A DNA stretch of 64,000 bases from the human T2T-CHM13v2.0 reference genome, Homo sapiens, in NCBI RefSeq assembly GCF_009914755.1, contig NC_060945.1. One strand, 5' to 3'. Positions 45,340 through 59,691 of this stretch are shown in pieces. The position numbers and the translations under genes are program-made. The notes under the pieces are model-generated. The model made no database searches. It had not been told where the DNA came from and saw only the letters and a program-made list of their open reading frames with translations. Each line of letters starts with the position of its first letter. Positions within the stretch are counted from its first letter, which is position 1.

Positions 45340-45930
45340 GTGCACAACGGGGCACCTCTATTGGTGCATTTGGCACATAGCCGGGGCCCTCCCGCTCTCA
45401 CCTTTCAGGGACACCCAGTAGTGCTTCCACTTCCTCCGGGTGGCTGACTCCACCTTCTTGTTCTTCTTGTGCACCAGGAAGTTCTTGACGGCCAGGGCGC
45501 CGGCCTTGCGCACCGTGCCCTGTGCGGCGGTCAGCAGGATGTCCGACTGGCCCGGAGAGCTCAGGGTGCCGCTGCTCTGCTCATCGCTGTGCGCCGAGCC
45601 GGCCTCCTCCAGGCTCTCGCTGTTGGTGGTGCTCATCTCCAGCTCCCGCCGGAAGTTCTCGTACACCCCCTGACGAGCCGCATCCCCGGTGGAGCTGCTG
45701 CCGCTGTCGCTGCCCACAAAGGCCCGGCCTGTGGTGGGTGAGTAGCTGGAGTTGGTGGCATTAGATCGCCTGGACAGGAGGTCCGTGTCGGTAGTGGCCC
45801 CTTCAATCCCACTGTCTGCAAACTCACTGCCCTCGCCTGCATTAACATCCTTGGGAGCAGAAAGAGAGAGCAAAGAAGACAAGCGTCACGTGGAGAAGGA
45901 ACCCAGGGTCACGTGGAGAAGAGCCCTGGG
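45340..45930. promoter_or_regulatory. CpG-rich, island-like exon region with adjacent tandem E-boxes
   Basis: Visibly high GC and CpG density relative to the AT-rich introns; GTCACGTGG at 45885 and 45908. Confidence 0.55.
45402..45849 (-). CDS. TIAM1: TIAM1 coding exon 2 (aa 322-471): beta-TrCP-type degron DSGIEG, Y384, M393, start of N-terminal PH domain
   Basis: Translates DVNAGEGSEFADSGIEG...TVRKAGALAVKNFLVHKKNKKVESATRRKWKHYWVSLKG. Acceptor cccaag|GAT, donor AAG|gtgaga. 448 nt, keeps frame with the flanking exons. Confidence 0.97.
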
Positions 45931-48058
45931 TCCAGCCAGGGCTCTGTAGCAGCGGGATACGCATAAGGCACAGCCACTCCTGACGGCTCCTGGACCAGGT
46001 CCTGCTCAACCCTGGACCCGCACAGACCCAGCAGAGCTGCTCAGGAAACCTTCAGCCGCCCTCCGTGAGAGCACACGATTTGGAATGTTCAAGAAATATA
46101 AAAGAAATAAGGAGCACTTCAAAGAGCTTATTATTTCTCTAAGATAATTAACGAATTGGCAAATTCGCGATTGAGATTCTACCGCTGCCATGCTGAGAAC
46201 CCAGCATCCTCAGCCTCATCAGCTTATCCTGAACTCCAGGAAATTCTGCAGGCAGATGAGTTAATTGTTCCAGACGTAGGGGGTGACAATGAATAACTAG
46301 GTCTTTATAGCTGATATCTTTAAAAATAAATAAATAAAAGGCATGCTTAGGAGTCTCTTTTATAATGGAGTGACTGAAAAGATAGCTAGTGCACCGCCTC
46401 ACCCACTCACCCAGCACGGCTCCGTGTTCCAGGAGCAGGCAAGAATCCTCATCCTCTAATCAGATTCGCTTCTTGAAAACAAGCAGCCTCTCACTCTGCA
46501 TTGTGCTAAATAAGTCTGTGGGGCCTACAGCTCCATTGAGCTCTCCAATTACCTTGCCCTTTCAAAGCTGGGATGCTAGGAGCCTTGGGCAGGCTACTTG
46601 CTGCCCCAGGGCCAAATGACAGCTCGGGGCAACTGCCAAGATACTGAGGGTATCAGTTCCCAGTTTAAAAACATTGGGAACTTCCAAAGCTGCTTCTGCT
46701 CTGAAGCTGAACATTTCCGGGACAGACAGGTCTGTTCTGAAATCAGTATCTTAATTGCTCTAAAGAGCTACAGGCATTTCCATAAACAATAATTAAATAA
46801 TGGTAGTCATCAAGGAAGGATACTCACTGCAGTATTGGACAGACAGCTCAAAGTCTTATGCATAAGAAAGGAGCCTAATTGTTCTCCAAGGAAGAGAACG
46901 GGAGGCTGAGTCTAATATAGAAGATGCCAAAGTAATACACAGTTTGGCAGTTTCACCAATTTGGGGGCCTTTAGTCTCACAAATGGCTCATTCTGGTTCA
47001 AACACGTAAAAACTAACCAGATATTCTGAATTACCATACAAATGAATGCTCTGGGCTCCTATCTTTGCTGAGAGGCAATGGGGGCAGTATGAGCCATGCC
47101 ACAAACTAATACTGGCCTACACAAGGCCCCAGACAGACACTGTGCCCATATCTCCACGAACTTCACTTAGTTCTAAGAATTGCTCAAAGTTCACCTTCAT
47201 CATGAAGAAATACTAAATAAGCAACTAAAAGAGATGTATAGCAAGACATGGAAAAAAGAGGGTGGTGGGAGTAGAATGGCAGCAGGAGATTGCTGGGTGA
47301 GCTTCTAGGGATCAACTCCATTATAAATGGAGCTTAGACCCCTGGGAGTTAGAGGGACTTAAGGGAAAGAAAGAAACCACGAATGCAGCTCAGATGCAGA
47401 CCCCTATAACTGCTGGTTCCCACAGCTTTGCTATCTGCTATCCTGCTTATTAACATCCACGGGTGGTCATGAAAGACCTAGAGCCAATTGGTAAAAATCC
47501 TCTACACAAACAGGAAAACACTGTTATCAACCCACATTTCTCCTTGGCAGGGACATTGACCATATGCTTCCCTCTTGATACAAGACAAAAGAAAATTTGA
47601 CAATTGTTGATTATTCAGGATAACCAATGAGTTACACAAGATGAGTCTGTGAATTTTCCAAACTTTTGGATTCATTTTCATGTCTCAGTCCTTCTGGGAA
47701 GAAGGTTTGGTATGCGTGAAAACATCAGCTATTAAGCTCTCTCTAAAATGCAAAGAGGTGAAATGCTTCTCTGCAAGACAGGGAAATTTAGCTACACAGG
47801 TAACATCCCTATTCCATAAGAGAGACTTTGGTACAAAGGAGAAAAAATGATCCCAGGCATCTTGTAATTCCCAGAGCTCCAGAAGAGGAAGGGACTTGGC
47901 AAAGCTATCTCATTGATTGACAGCCTGCGGCTTAGAAAATCACAAGTCTGGTTGGTGGCAGATGGGAAGTTGAAACCTATCCTTCCAAGTACACTTTCCA
48001 CTATTATATGGTGACCTCATGACTCAGCTGCAGGTAGCACCTGACCAGATTCTGTCTA

Positions 48059-48385
<327 letters not shown>

Positions 48386-50246
48386 CAATCCCATGCCTTC
48401 CCCCTTTTCTTACCAACAATGGCTCTTCCAGATTTTTTCAGCAAAAGCTGAGTGACTGTGACCTGCCTGGCAAAAAGCTAAAACCTGCAAGTGCAAGAAA
48501 GGGGAAGGAGGATGGGAAGAGAGAATAAGGAAAAGCGAGGCAGAAACCCGAAAGACCAACTCTCAAGGGCGTGTCTCATAAGAGTTCACTACATTGCCAA
48601 CACCATCCATCCCTTTACAGAAGGCCCTCACATCTGTCTCTATTTAAACTAAGAGTAAGGCCTCAATGGACACTCACCTCTGTATAAGACCTGAACATCT
48701 GCTCATGCCAACTGATGCTGTAGCTTTGCCATGACCAGACTGTGTGTGTTCAACTCTGGGACAACCACTAAACCAAGCAAGGAAGTGATTACTCCAGGTA
48801 AAAGACCTGCGGGCCCCAGGTGAGCTTGCATGCTTTGGAAGCAAACAGCTCCGTGTCATCAACGGGGAATGCTCTTGTCATCTGTGATCCAAGACAACTC
48901 CACCTTGTCTCCTTAAGTGGTTATTCAGGCTCAGTGGTACACATGCCCCCACTGATATGTGACCCAGCCCATTGAGAAACGGATGCAGGTTGCCCAGCCC
49001 CAGCCCTTATTCAGTCATGAAGCTTGGGATGTCCCAAATTCCCAGAAGTCCATTCTCCAGCATTGCTGGAAAGGGTGATGACCCAGCCAGAGGTGCTACT
49101 CAACACCGCTCTTTCTTTCCTTCATTGTGTTGCAAACTTACTTAGTGGTCATCTTTCAGAGGGGCTCCTCCTACTACCCACCTGAGAATCCTGATCCTCC
49201 CCCTATCCCAGAAGCACCTGTAAACCTCCCCAGTCTTCCCAGCAGTGAGGAATACAGAAGACTGACACCACGGAATAGTCCCAGGGGAGCCTCAGCAGTT
49301 TTTGTAGCAACTGCAAGGTAGGTTACCTCTTAGAGGCAAATACTAAATTTTAATCAAAAAAGGCAGAGGACATCAAGGGAGATGGTAAGATCCTGGCTAG
49401 ACAGAGAAATAATTCTAAACATGGTTCATGATCTAGCCGAGACTTCCAGAAAACAGCTCAAAATAAACTCTCCATGTTAGAACCACTCCGTTGAAGAGAT
49501 TTCCGATCATGAACAACATTCACAGGGCCGAGAGGCTCTTCAATCCTGTTCTCCCAGGACAAATTCTCTGAAGCCAGATTTTCAGGGCACTCACCAGTTG
49601 CCATTCCACTGGCAGCTTCCCCAAAAAATGAATGTATGCACAAGTGGCCAGCTGTAGCCTAATACATACAACAGCTGTGGGCAAGAGTTTTCTTAGCATT
49701 TGAGCTGGGCAACAAATGCTTAAATGAGCTCCCAGGCTAAAATGAGGGAGGCAAGAGGCAAATTCAAAGCCTGTTTTCACTGCCTTGAAAACTGGAGGGT
49801 CACGCAGCATGAATGTAGACTAATGACACATTGTGGTAAGGCTCCAGTTGTTTTGACAGGAGACTTCAAATACTACCAAAGGGAGAGGTTTTCTGTGCTA
49901 ATGATGTGCGAACACAATTTTGAAAATGCAATTAGCCAGAAAGTGCAAAGGCTCTGGGACAATTCCAGGACCAGTAGAATCAATTGGCCACTTGTAGTTA
50001 AGTTATAAGTCGAATGCAATTAGATACTGTTTCCTTTGTCACTTGAATTTCCCTGATAGATCCAGCTTGAATACACCTGTGTTAAGATGCTAACTACAAT
50101 GCAGAATTCACTGAATTCCAGGGGGTAAAGAAATGTGGACCTACAGAAACCCTGAATTAGAACTGTTTCTGGCTTGTTAAATTCTAACATGTCCTTCCTC
50201 TGATTTATCATCTTCTTCCTAACCCCAAAATATTAAGTACCCCTCA

Positions 50247-50248
<2 letters not shown>

Positions 50249-50302
<54 letters not shown>
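50249..50302. repeat. (AC)27 microsatellite
   Basis: Directly visible. Confidence 0.97.
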
Positions 50303-50304
<2 letters not shown>

Positions 50305-50379
50305 ATATCATCTTTGGTTCTCAGTATTATCTCCTTGGTATTCTCAGTATACTCTCCTTTGATAATCTCAGTACAGCAA

Positions 50380-50570
50380 GTATCAATTCTAGGTAAATGA
50401 CTCTGAACCAATCCATGCCTCAATTTCTTGATATGTATAATGGGGAGAGCAACACATCTACTTTGTAAGACACTGTATAAGACACTGTGAGATTGAGTTA
50501 ACCCAGGAAAAGTGTCTTAAACTGAGCCCAGCACATAGTACCTGCTCAAAAATGTTAACTATAATTACGG
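50380..50570 (+). mobile_element. MIR fragment
   Basis: gcctcaatttcttgatatgtataatgggg...tgtgagattgagttaac...cccagcacatagtacctgctcaaaaatgttaacta. Confidence 0.65.
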
Positions 50571-51249
50571 TCATCTCTACCTTCAGCCCTACTTACATCT
50601 TGGCCCAAGGAGAGAAGGCATTGCCTGAACTCAGTTGCTAACTTCCTGCACCAACATGGAAGAAAGGTCTCTGAGAAACCTGGGAAAAACACAGGCATAC
50701 CAAGGCTGGTGCCAGCCTAATACTAATTAGGCTTGTTAATTGTTCTCACGTTCACAAAACAGCACACTAAACTAGGAAAATGGTGACGTTCTCTACATTA
50801 TAAATTAGTAACTACTGGTCACTATTATGAAATACTAATAATTGCCATCCCTGATTTGCCAGAATAGGAAATCAACTCTATTTTCCCTCCCCTTCCTTTC
50901 TTAGGGCAAAATCTCTATGCCTTTCTTTTTATGTTTCCAACAACCCATTCCTTTTCTTCTAACGATTTCCAATGGGAGTGACTCACAATTTCAGCTACAA
51001 GCATTGGAACCAAAATTCCTACTGTTACTAAAAAGGGATTCCAAAGTAAGTTGGCAAAAGCTTGAAATGTTCCTTCAGGTAACTCCTGATTGGAGAAGCT
51101 TTATGTCTAAGTTAAATGAATCATTGCCTCTCCTTTCATCTGCTTTTCTATGTATGTGCTTATACCTTACAGTCATCCCTCCCCTCCCTCCTCACTATCC
51201 ATAATATATCAGAGACTCAGTTTTTTCTCTTCCCCTCCGAGTGCCACAT

Positions 51250-51950
51250 CACTGGTTGAGCAATAAGCTCTCTCTTCTAACCCATCTTCCTTCCATCAAT
51301 CCATCCGGCACACCACTGCCAGGTAAATGTTCCAGGAGCAATGTGGAGGACTCCTCAGACTGCTGTTCAAGACCCTCCCCCGGTGTCCCGCGTTAAAACT
51401 TGAGCTTCGATGTCCCCACCCACTAGTGAAATTGAAGAACTCATTCCAGGGCATACTCCCAACCTTTCTCACTCCCAAGAATACTCACGTCCCCCCTTTT
51501 ACTACAACCAGAAGGCTTCTCTGTGCTTCCTCCAACTACCATGCCAACCTCTCCACAGCATCTCCTCTCCCACCTCCACCCCACCCCAGCCACCCTGAGC
51601 TCCTCCTCCTTGCTCGAATGTGCTGGGCACCCTCCCACATTGCAACTCAGGAGCCAGCTCCCTCCTCCCCTCCTCTCCTTCCAAGTCCCTATCCAGGTCT
51701 GCCCTCACCCTGACCACCCTGTCAGAAATTGCCCCCCACATCCCCCACACCCCATCTTCCTCAACATGCCCTGTCTTTCTTCCACAGCACATCGCTTCCT
51801 TATTATGCTAACTGTTTTCTGCCACACACACACCCACTTCACCCCAACGAGCTCCACGAGCTTGTGGATCTTTCCTTGTTGACGCATCCCAAGTGCCAAG
51901 AATAAAGCCTGGCATGGGGAAGGCACTTCAAAAATAATTGCTGAATGAAC
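51250..51950 (+). mobile_element. L2 remnant
   Basis: C/T-rich L2-like body ending gcctggcatggggaaggcacttcaaaaataattgctgaatgaa. Confidence 0.6.
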
Positions 51951-52224
51951 TCACTGCTGCTCATTTTCCACCACAATCTCAAAACAAGGAAAACAGTTTC
52001 TCATGGAATGCACTGCAGCTGGAGTTAAAGGTTTTGTCATTTCTAAACTCAGCTCATGCTCAACTAAAGTTGAGGTGACAAATGAGTCCTAGCTATAAAG
52101 CTTACATTTATAGGCTTTAAGCAGCCTAGTTGGATTATGTCTTGTGTGGATGCAATCGGAGTTCACTTAAATTTTTGTTCTTTAACTCTTTTAAAAAATT
52201 GAGGAAGTAAGAAAGATATATTAG

Positions 52225-52525
<301 letters not shown>

Positions 52526-52796
52526 TTATGGCCCAAGCTAGATACTCGGTCAACTGGTGGTCCAAAGCCAACTGGGCCCAAATGACAATGTGACAGGCTG
52601 GTCAGGTGTTTCCTAAGTTCTCCATTGGGATCCATGGAGACCCTGTCAGGCCTTTAGGGCAGGCTGGCTTTATGGCCACATCCAACAGTCACACATTTAC
52701 AGTTATGCTGTAAAAAAACAATGATTACACATTGTTATGACACAATTTGAGTCAAGGGGCTCAACTTTCCTCTATTCTTATACTAGGAATGTGATC

Positions 52797-53132
<336 letters not shown>

Positions 53133-53139
53133 TGAACTG

Positions 53140-53303
53140 GTGGGCATAGTGGTCCATGCCTGTAGTCCCAGCTACCCAAGAGGCTGAGGCAGGAGGATCA
53201 CTTGAGCCCAGGAGTTCAAGGCCGCAGTGCACTATGATAATATCTGTAAATAGCCACTGCACTCCAGCCTGGGAAACACAGCAAGACCTGTCTAAAAAAA
53301 TAA

Positions 53304-53336
<33 letters not shown>
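53140..53336 (+). mobile_element. FAM (fossil Alu monomer, 7SL-derived) with an (AAT)n tail
   Basis: Contains the 7SL/FAM-type segment gcagtgcactatgat...tgtaaatagccactgcactccagcc. Confidence 0.75.
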
Positions 53337-53369
53337 CCTGAATGTTCCCAACCTGTATTAGCATAAATG

Positions 53370-53620
53370 ACCAGCTCTCAAAGTATGGACTAGGGTTCCC
53401 TAAAATACTTCCAGGGAGTCAGTGAGGCTCCTCCTTTTCCAACTACCCTGTGCAAGTCCAGGTTCTGCTCATAGGGTCCAACCAAACAGTATATTGCAAG
53501 AGAGTGAATGCAAAAGTAGGTATGAGACGCTAGTGTCTTCTGTTAAGCTAGAAATCATAGAGATCTGCAAAAATGGAAAACAATGCCTCTGTCCCACATC
53601 TTTTATTTTAGAGAATAAAA
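53370..53620 (+). mobile_element. Charlie-family hAT DNA transposon fragment (decayed transposase C-terminus)
   Basis: ccaactaccctgtgcaag...tgaatgcaaaagtaggtatgaga...tcttctgttaagctagaaat...gagatctgcaaaaatg resembles the Charlie dimerization-domain coding sequence. Confidence 0.65.
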
Positions 53621-53629
53621 TATTGTATT

Positions 53630-54178
<549 letters not shown>

Positions 54179-54481
54179 GAATTACTTTTTAAGAGTATAA
54201 AAAGGTCTAAGAATGGCTAACATAAGCTATCTCTCAACTACCTACCCACCTTCCAACTTCCCAAAAACAGATCTTGGCAAAGAAGATATATATTCTTGTT
54301 GAAAATGCATGGGTTTGTTTGCAAAATAAATATCTCATTGCTTAACTTACGTGCCAGAAAAAGAAAGATAAAGAGAAAAGAAAAAAAAAAAAGCATCAAA
54401 CAGAAGATAGAGGAGAACAGAAAAAAAAAAGGGTGTTTTAAAAATCGATTTTACATGAAAAAATTTGTTTTATAAAAACCT

Positions 54482-54640
54482 GAGGTTCTTAACCAGAAAG
54501 AAGCCTCTAGATGGACTTTAGGGGACCTATGGATCCCTTGAAATGATATGCAGAAGGGTGGTCCCTGTCTTTATCTAAGGAAAACGTCCACATTTTTCAT
54601 CTGATTCTCAAGAGTCTGTGACCAAAGGTCAAGAATCATA
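54482..54640. mobile_element. Charlie4z-like MITE
   Basis: ggttcttaacc...atggactttagggg...cccttgaaat...catctgattctcaag...gtgacc...aagaatca. Confidence 0.55.
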
Positions 54641-55110
54641 TGGTTGTTGATGTGCATTTTCAGCCCAGGAAACAAACTTATCTCTGAGTCATTGAAGCTC
54701 AGTTGCAAAATAAAACAAAACTTTAAACATCAAGACAATTTTTCTAGGAACTCAAGCTCCTCCTCTGACAATGCTGCACTCTTTACCTTGTTATTAATGA
54801 AATCATCAACGCGACTACTTGCTTATCAAAGAAAGCAGCCGTGAGGGATGGCTCTGCTACAGTTATCCTGGCCATCTCTCTCCGTAATCAGTGTTTTAGG
54901 TGACAAAAGTGGGCAGTAATAATTTTCTTTTCAGCCAAGTCCTTTTTTTTTTTTTTTTTGTATCTGTACCAAAATTGAGGGTTTTGATCTTAAAATCTGA
55001 GGATATTGAGCTGAAACCTTTTCAAGCACGGGGAGGTAGTCAGTGTGGGTGTGTGCTTTGGAAGAAAAGGCCCTCCTTGATTAGCAAGTCAGAAAGAAGA
55101 CTTGGATTTT

Positions 55111-55417
<307 letters not shown>

Positions 55418-57819
55418 TCATCCAGTTGTGACACCTCATCTCCTAATCTCTTTATTTTCTAGGGATGCTGCTGTGTCTGAAACTGGCCAGTGAAACCCAC
55501 AAATCTATTCACCAGCACCACACCTGGCTAGGGACGCTCCGAGAGCCGGGCTCCTTGCTGGTCTCCTGAGGCTGAGGTTCCCAGAGACATGCTCAGTACA
55601 ACCTGGCCGTGTTCCTTCATCTCCCAAGTGGATGAATGAAGCTCTCCTCACAAGCATGCACAACGGCTCCACGCCAAAGCTTCCCACAGAACACAGAACC
55701 TGGCTATAAGGCTCCATCAAACGGCAGGTTTCTCTCTCTCTCCAACTCACCCACTGAAAGTTTCAGAGACACGGGAGAGCAGAACCCTAGAACAATGAGG
55801 CAATCTTCAACATCACAACTAACAACTCCTATTTATTAAGCATTTGTATGTGTAAAACTGTGCCATGAGTTTTCCATTCATTCCCTTGCAGAATCTCCAG
55901 CCTCATTTAAGAGGCACTGAGATCCATGGAAGTCAAATAACCAAGAGGTAACAACCTCAAAGTTGCAAGCTCAGATATGCTGCTAACTTCCTTGTCTGAC
56001 ACTAGGCAGCCCCCTCCTCTGTCTGTAACCAAAGAAATTCATAAAGTTCAGGCCCAAAGACGAACTAGCCATCAACTAAATCTAAGGAGTAACCTATTAA
56101 GTACTTTTACAGAAACCAACAGAAATAAATTCTGCTTCAAATAGCATGAGGCTTTACTCATACTGACTCCCAAGACAAACTTTTCTGCACAGCGCACATG
56201 TGGATGCACAACAAACATGCTCATAAAATACACGAATTAAACCAAAAATTGCCAGCAGACCCTGTAGCACATATGTGCCACCATTCAAGACTTAAATGTG
56301 AACTCCTGTGACTTCACATTACAATAATCCATCCAACTACTGAAAAAATCCAAAAACAGGAAAAAGGGCCAAAAACCCATTTTTGATCATTTTCAAATCA
56401 AATGAAGTTGTTCACATTATTTCAGATAAAATGTGTTTTCTTCCAGGCTTAGAGGTCATGCTCTTGGGTCAAATGTCTGCCAGGAACTCTTTTCTGGGGA
56501 GTAAAATTGCTGACAGGATGATCACAGATTCAACTACATCATCAGGGCAGCCAAGGAGACTTTAATATCTATGATTCAAGCTCACTGGAGAGGTCCCCTG
56601 GGTCAAAAACTTTTACCAAAAAAAAAGAAAAAAATTTTTTTTAAAAAAGCATTCTTTTCAAGGAAGCTTCCACACCCACTGCCTCTTAAAATACACTGTT
56701 TGGAACATAGTGGGCTCTCAAGAAATAGCGTTGGATGAACACGCCAAACTTAGACTAGGAAATGTGGGCGGGTGGATAGTGTTGTGCATAATTCCGGGGT
56801 TTGTTTCAAGTCATTAAAGATCCTCACTCAACATATAAAGTCAATACAAAAATAATACTTCCGTGCATTTTATACGCTCCACAAGAGGTTTCCATGCATG
56901 GTATCCTATTTGGTTCTCCCAATGGCCCTGTGGGAGGCTGGTGTCACTCAGACTGGACAGCAACAGATCCTGGGGCACAGAAGATGGAGTGACTGGCCCA
57001 AGGTCACCACTGGGTAAGCACACATGCCAGGATGCAAATGCACTTCTTAGGATTCCTGGCCAATGGCACTTCCCATTACATTAAGCTGCCTAAGCAGTGA
57101 TTTTATGAGACACCACCTTTAGATGATCTCACTTCCATATATTCACAATTTTAGAAGGTGACAAGCCAAAGAATAGAAATTTCGTATAATAATGACACAT
57201 GAGAGCTTTCAGTGGTACCAGACCTAGAGGGGAGAACTGTCCTTTGCTTTGCCCATTTTCTGGGGGTAGCCGTAACTCAAAGGCTCAAATCCCCATCAGC
57301 CATCGAGTATAGGGGAGAGCCATCCCTAGTGTCAGAACCACAGAGAGCCAAAATACAACAGGGCACCCTTCTCAAATCTTACATAGCATATGCACTAACT
57401 GAGCACTGTTCAGGTAGAAATGAAAGTCCAAGGTGATGTTCTGTTTTTAACAGTCTGCGTCACTGTATCCTTCTCTAAGCTCCGAAGGCCCCATAGATCA
57501 TCTCTTTGAATCAGCCTTGCAGTGCCAATCTGATAATGCCTTCAAGACAGCCCTTCAATCCCTTTCAGGTGACTCTTTAATAGGTCACATATCTCCATGA
57601 TCTGTCCAATTGACAGTGCAGAAGTAGCCCTCGCAGGGTAGACAGAGGGGCTGCAGGTGGGTTATCTGGTCATTTGTGTCATTACAATCTCAATTCAGAA
57701 GAGATGGGTTTAAAATTCAGGGAGTGCATCTGGAGGCAAGCTTCAGGCTTACGTTCTCAGACCACAGATGCAGCCTTGGTAGCAACTTGGTTTCTAGGAC
57801 ACAAGTGTTTTTTTTTCTT

Positions 57820-58005
57820 TCCTTAGAGTCAAGGGGTACACGTGCATGTTTGTTACATGGATATATTATGCAATACTGAGATTTGGGCTTCTATTGAACC
57901 CATCACCCAAACAATGAACACAGTACCCAATAATTCGTTTTTCAACTCTTGCTCCCCTCCCTCCCAGCTTTTGGAGTCCCCAGTGTCTACTGTTTCCACC
58001 TTTAT
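57820..58005 (-). mobile_element. L1PB/old L1PA 3' fragment
   Basis: ggggtacacgtgcatgtttgttacatggatatatt...cccatcacccaaacaatgaacacagtacccaat. Confidence 0.8.
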
Positions 58006-58069
58006 GAGGTACTCAAGATATTGATCCAAACAACTACCCCGAGTCCTCAACCCATATGCCTCCACTAAC

Positions 58070-58270
58070 AATGATGAAAATTACAACAGCTAACAAAGTT
58101 GCCCTTACTGGCTGCTTCCTAAGAACCAGGCACTATGCTTCACATATTATTTCATTCTACTTTCTCAAAAAACCTTATTACCCCCATTTGACAGATGAAG
58201 AAATTAAGGCTACAAGAATGTGAACAACTTACCCAAAGTCACTCAGGTAAGAAGACGTGGAGCCAAAATA
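58070..58270 (-). mobile_element. MIR
   Basis: ccaggcactatgct...cccccatttgacagatgaagaaattaaggct...aacttacccaaagtcactcag. Confidence 0.7.
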
Positions 58271-58684
58271 TCCGGCTTGGACACCATCAGCAAAACCTGT
58301 CCTCAGGCAGGAACACAGACAGTCTAATGCCGATTTTCTTTTTCTCGGCTTCCCCTACATCCTCCATCCTATGCCCATTATATTTAGACCCCCTTTCCAG
58401 CAGAACATACCCTTGAAATGCCCATTTGACTTGCACTGGAGCAAGGCTGGAAGGTGCAGTACCACCTCCTACTGGGCAATCAGAGTGCTGACTGCAGGGA
58501 AGTCTGCTGGTCAACCTTGAGGCTGCTCCGCCATTCAAGGCAAACGGACCCAGTCTGGAATTTTAACCTGAAGCACCATCTACAAACCACCTCCACATCC
58601 TCAGCAAAAGCCAAGACTCCCTGAACTCTGCCTCAGAGAACAGAAGTACCAGAAAAGGCCCAATGCATGCAGGATTACTCCACA

Positions 58685-58941
58685 TTTCTTTCTTTCTTTC
58701 TTTTATTGACACAGAGTCTCACTATGTTGCCCAGGTGGGACTTAAACTCCTAGGCTCAAAGCATCCCCCTGCGTCAGCCACCAAGCCGGCTCAACTGCCC
58801 AACATTTTATTATCCTAATCTTAATTATCATTGCCAGCTAAGGTAATGGTGCCTCCATTCACTAGGAAAACACTTTCAAAATCTTTTTTTTTTTTTTTTT
58901 TTTTTGAGATGGAGTCTCGCTTTTGTTGCCCAGGCTGGAGC
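58685..58941 (-). mobile_element. Two short Alu fragments (about 58685-58790 and 58883-58941)
   Basis: Reverse Alu 3'-end sequence with poly-T. Confidence 0.75.
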
Positions 58942-59691
58942 GAAGTCTCTTAGTTTCCTCCCCACGGTTTCGTGCACTAGACCCCGAAGCAGGCAAGCTG
59001 AGCATCTTTATCCCCATTTTTCAGAGGAATGACTAGAAGTCAGGGTTTGCCCAAGGTCAAACAACTAGCTGGTTGCAAAGTAAGAATTGGAAGCCACCCA
59101 TGTTATTCCTTCCGCTACACCTCCCTCCAGAGACAGGGCTGGCCAGCATCGCACGGAACAGGAAATTGAAATGGCTCCCGGTAAGGCAGCGAGCCTGCCA
59201 ACCACCGAGAGAAGCTGACAAGTGACCCAAACCCGCCCAGAATTTAAAATGCCTCCTCAGAGGAGTTGCCGACTAACCTCCTCCCACCTGCTGCAGTGAA
59301 GAAATAAGTTCCAAGAGTCTGCAACCCACCATGCCTGTTTTTCCACGGGAAGGACCAAGTTAGAAAGGAAGCTTGAATAAGTGGGATGCTGTTGAAGAAC
59401 TAAGATGTAGAAGCAGTTTCCCAATATGAACTTACTAGCTTTTTTCCCACTCCTATCACATCGCCACTCCCCCCACACACTTCCCTTAATCCCCACCCCT
59501 TAACCACAGAACTCTAAGAGGGGCAAAGCAGAAGAGAGAGAAATCCTCCCAAAACAGCACCAGCTGCAGCAACTACCAGGCAAACAGGGTAAAACCCGAT
59601 TAAAAGATGGAAATCTTCTAAGAGCAAAGTCATGCACTTAAAGAGTCATGCACCATTCCCAAAATATTGAAACAAATTTCAATCACTTTAC

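Noticed and set aside
45850-45882. N-terminal extensions and read-through tails of exon ORFs in the ORF track (e.g. MSSLLSLSAPK)
   Set aside because: They lie outside the AG/GT splice boundaries and are intronic.
45440-45949. Plus-strand ORFs antisense to coding exon 2; similar ones overlap 59716-60720
   Set aside because: Shadow ORFs of GC-rich coding exons, with no recognisable protein similarity.
48840-49250. Possible ancient LTR fragment; similar impression at about 29500-30000
   Set aside because: I could not match it to a family or find termini or a TSD with enough confidence.
58876-58950. Possible TSD around the short Alu fragment (caaaatct / cgaagtct)
   Set aside because: Only 6 of 8 bases match, too weak to call a young truncated insertion.
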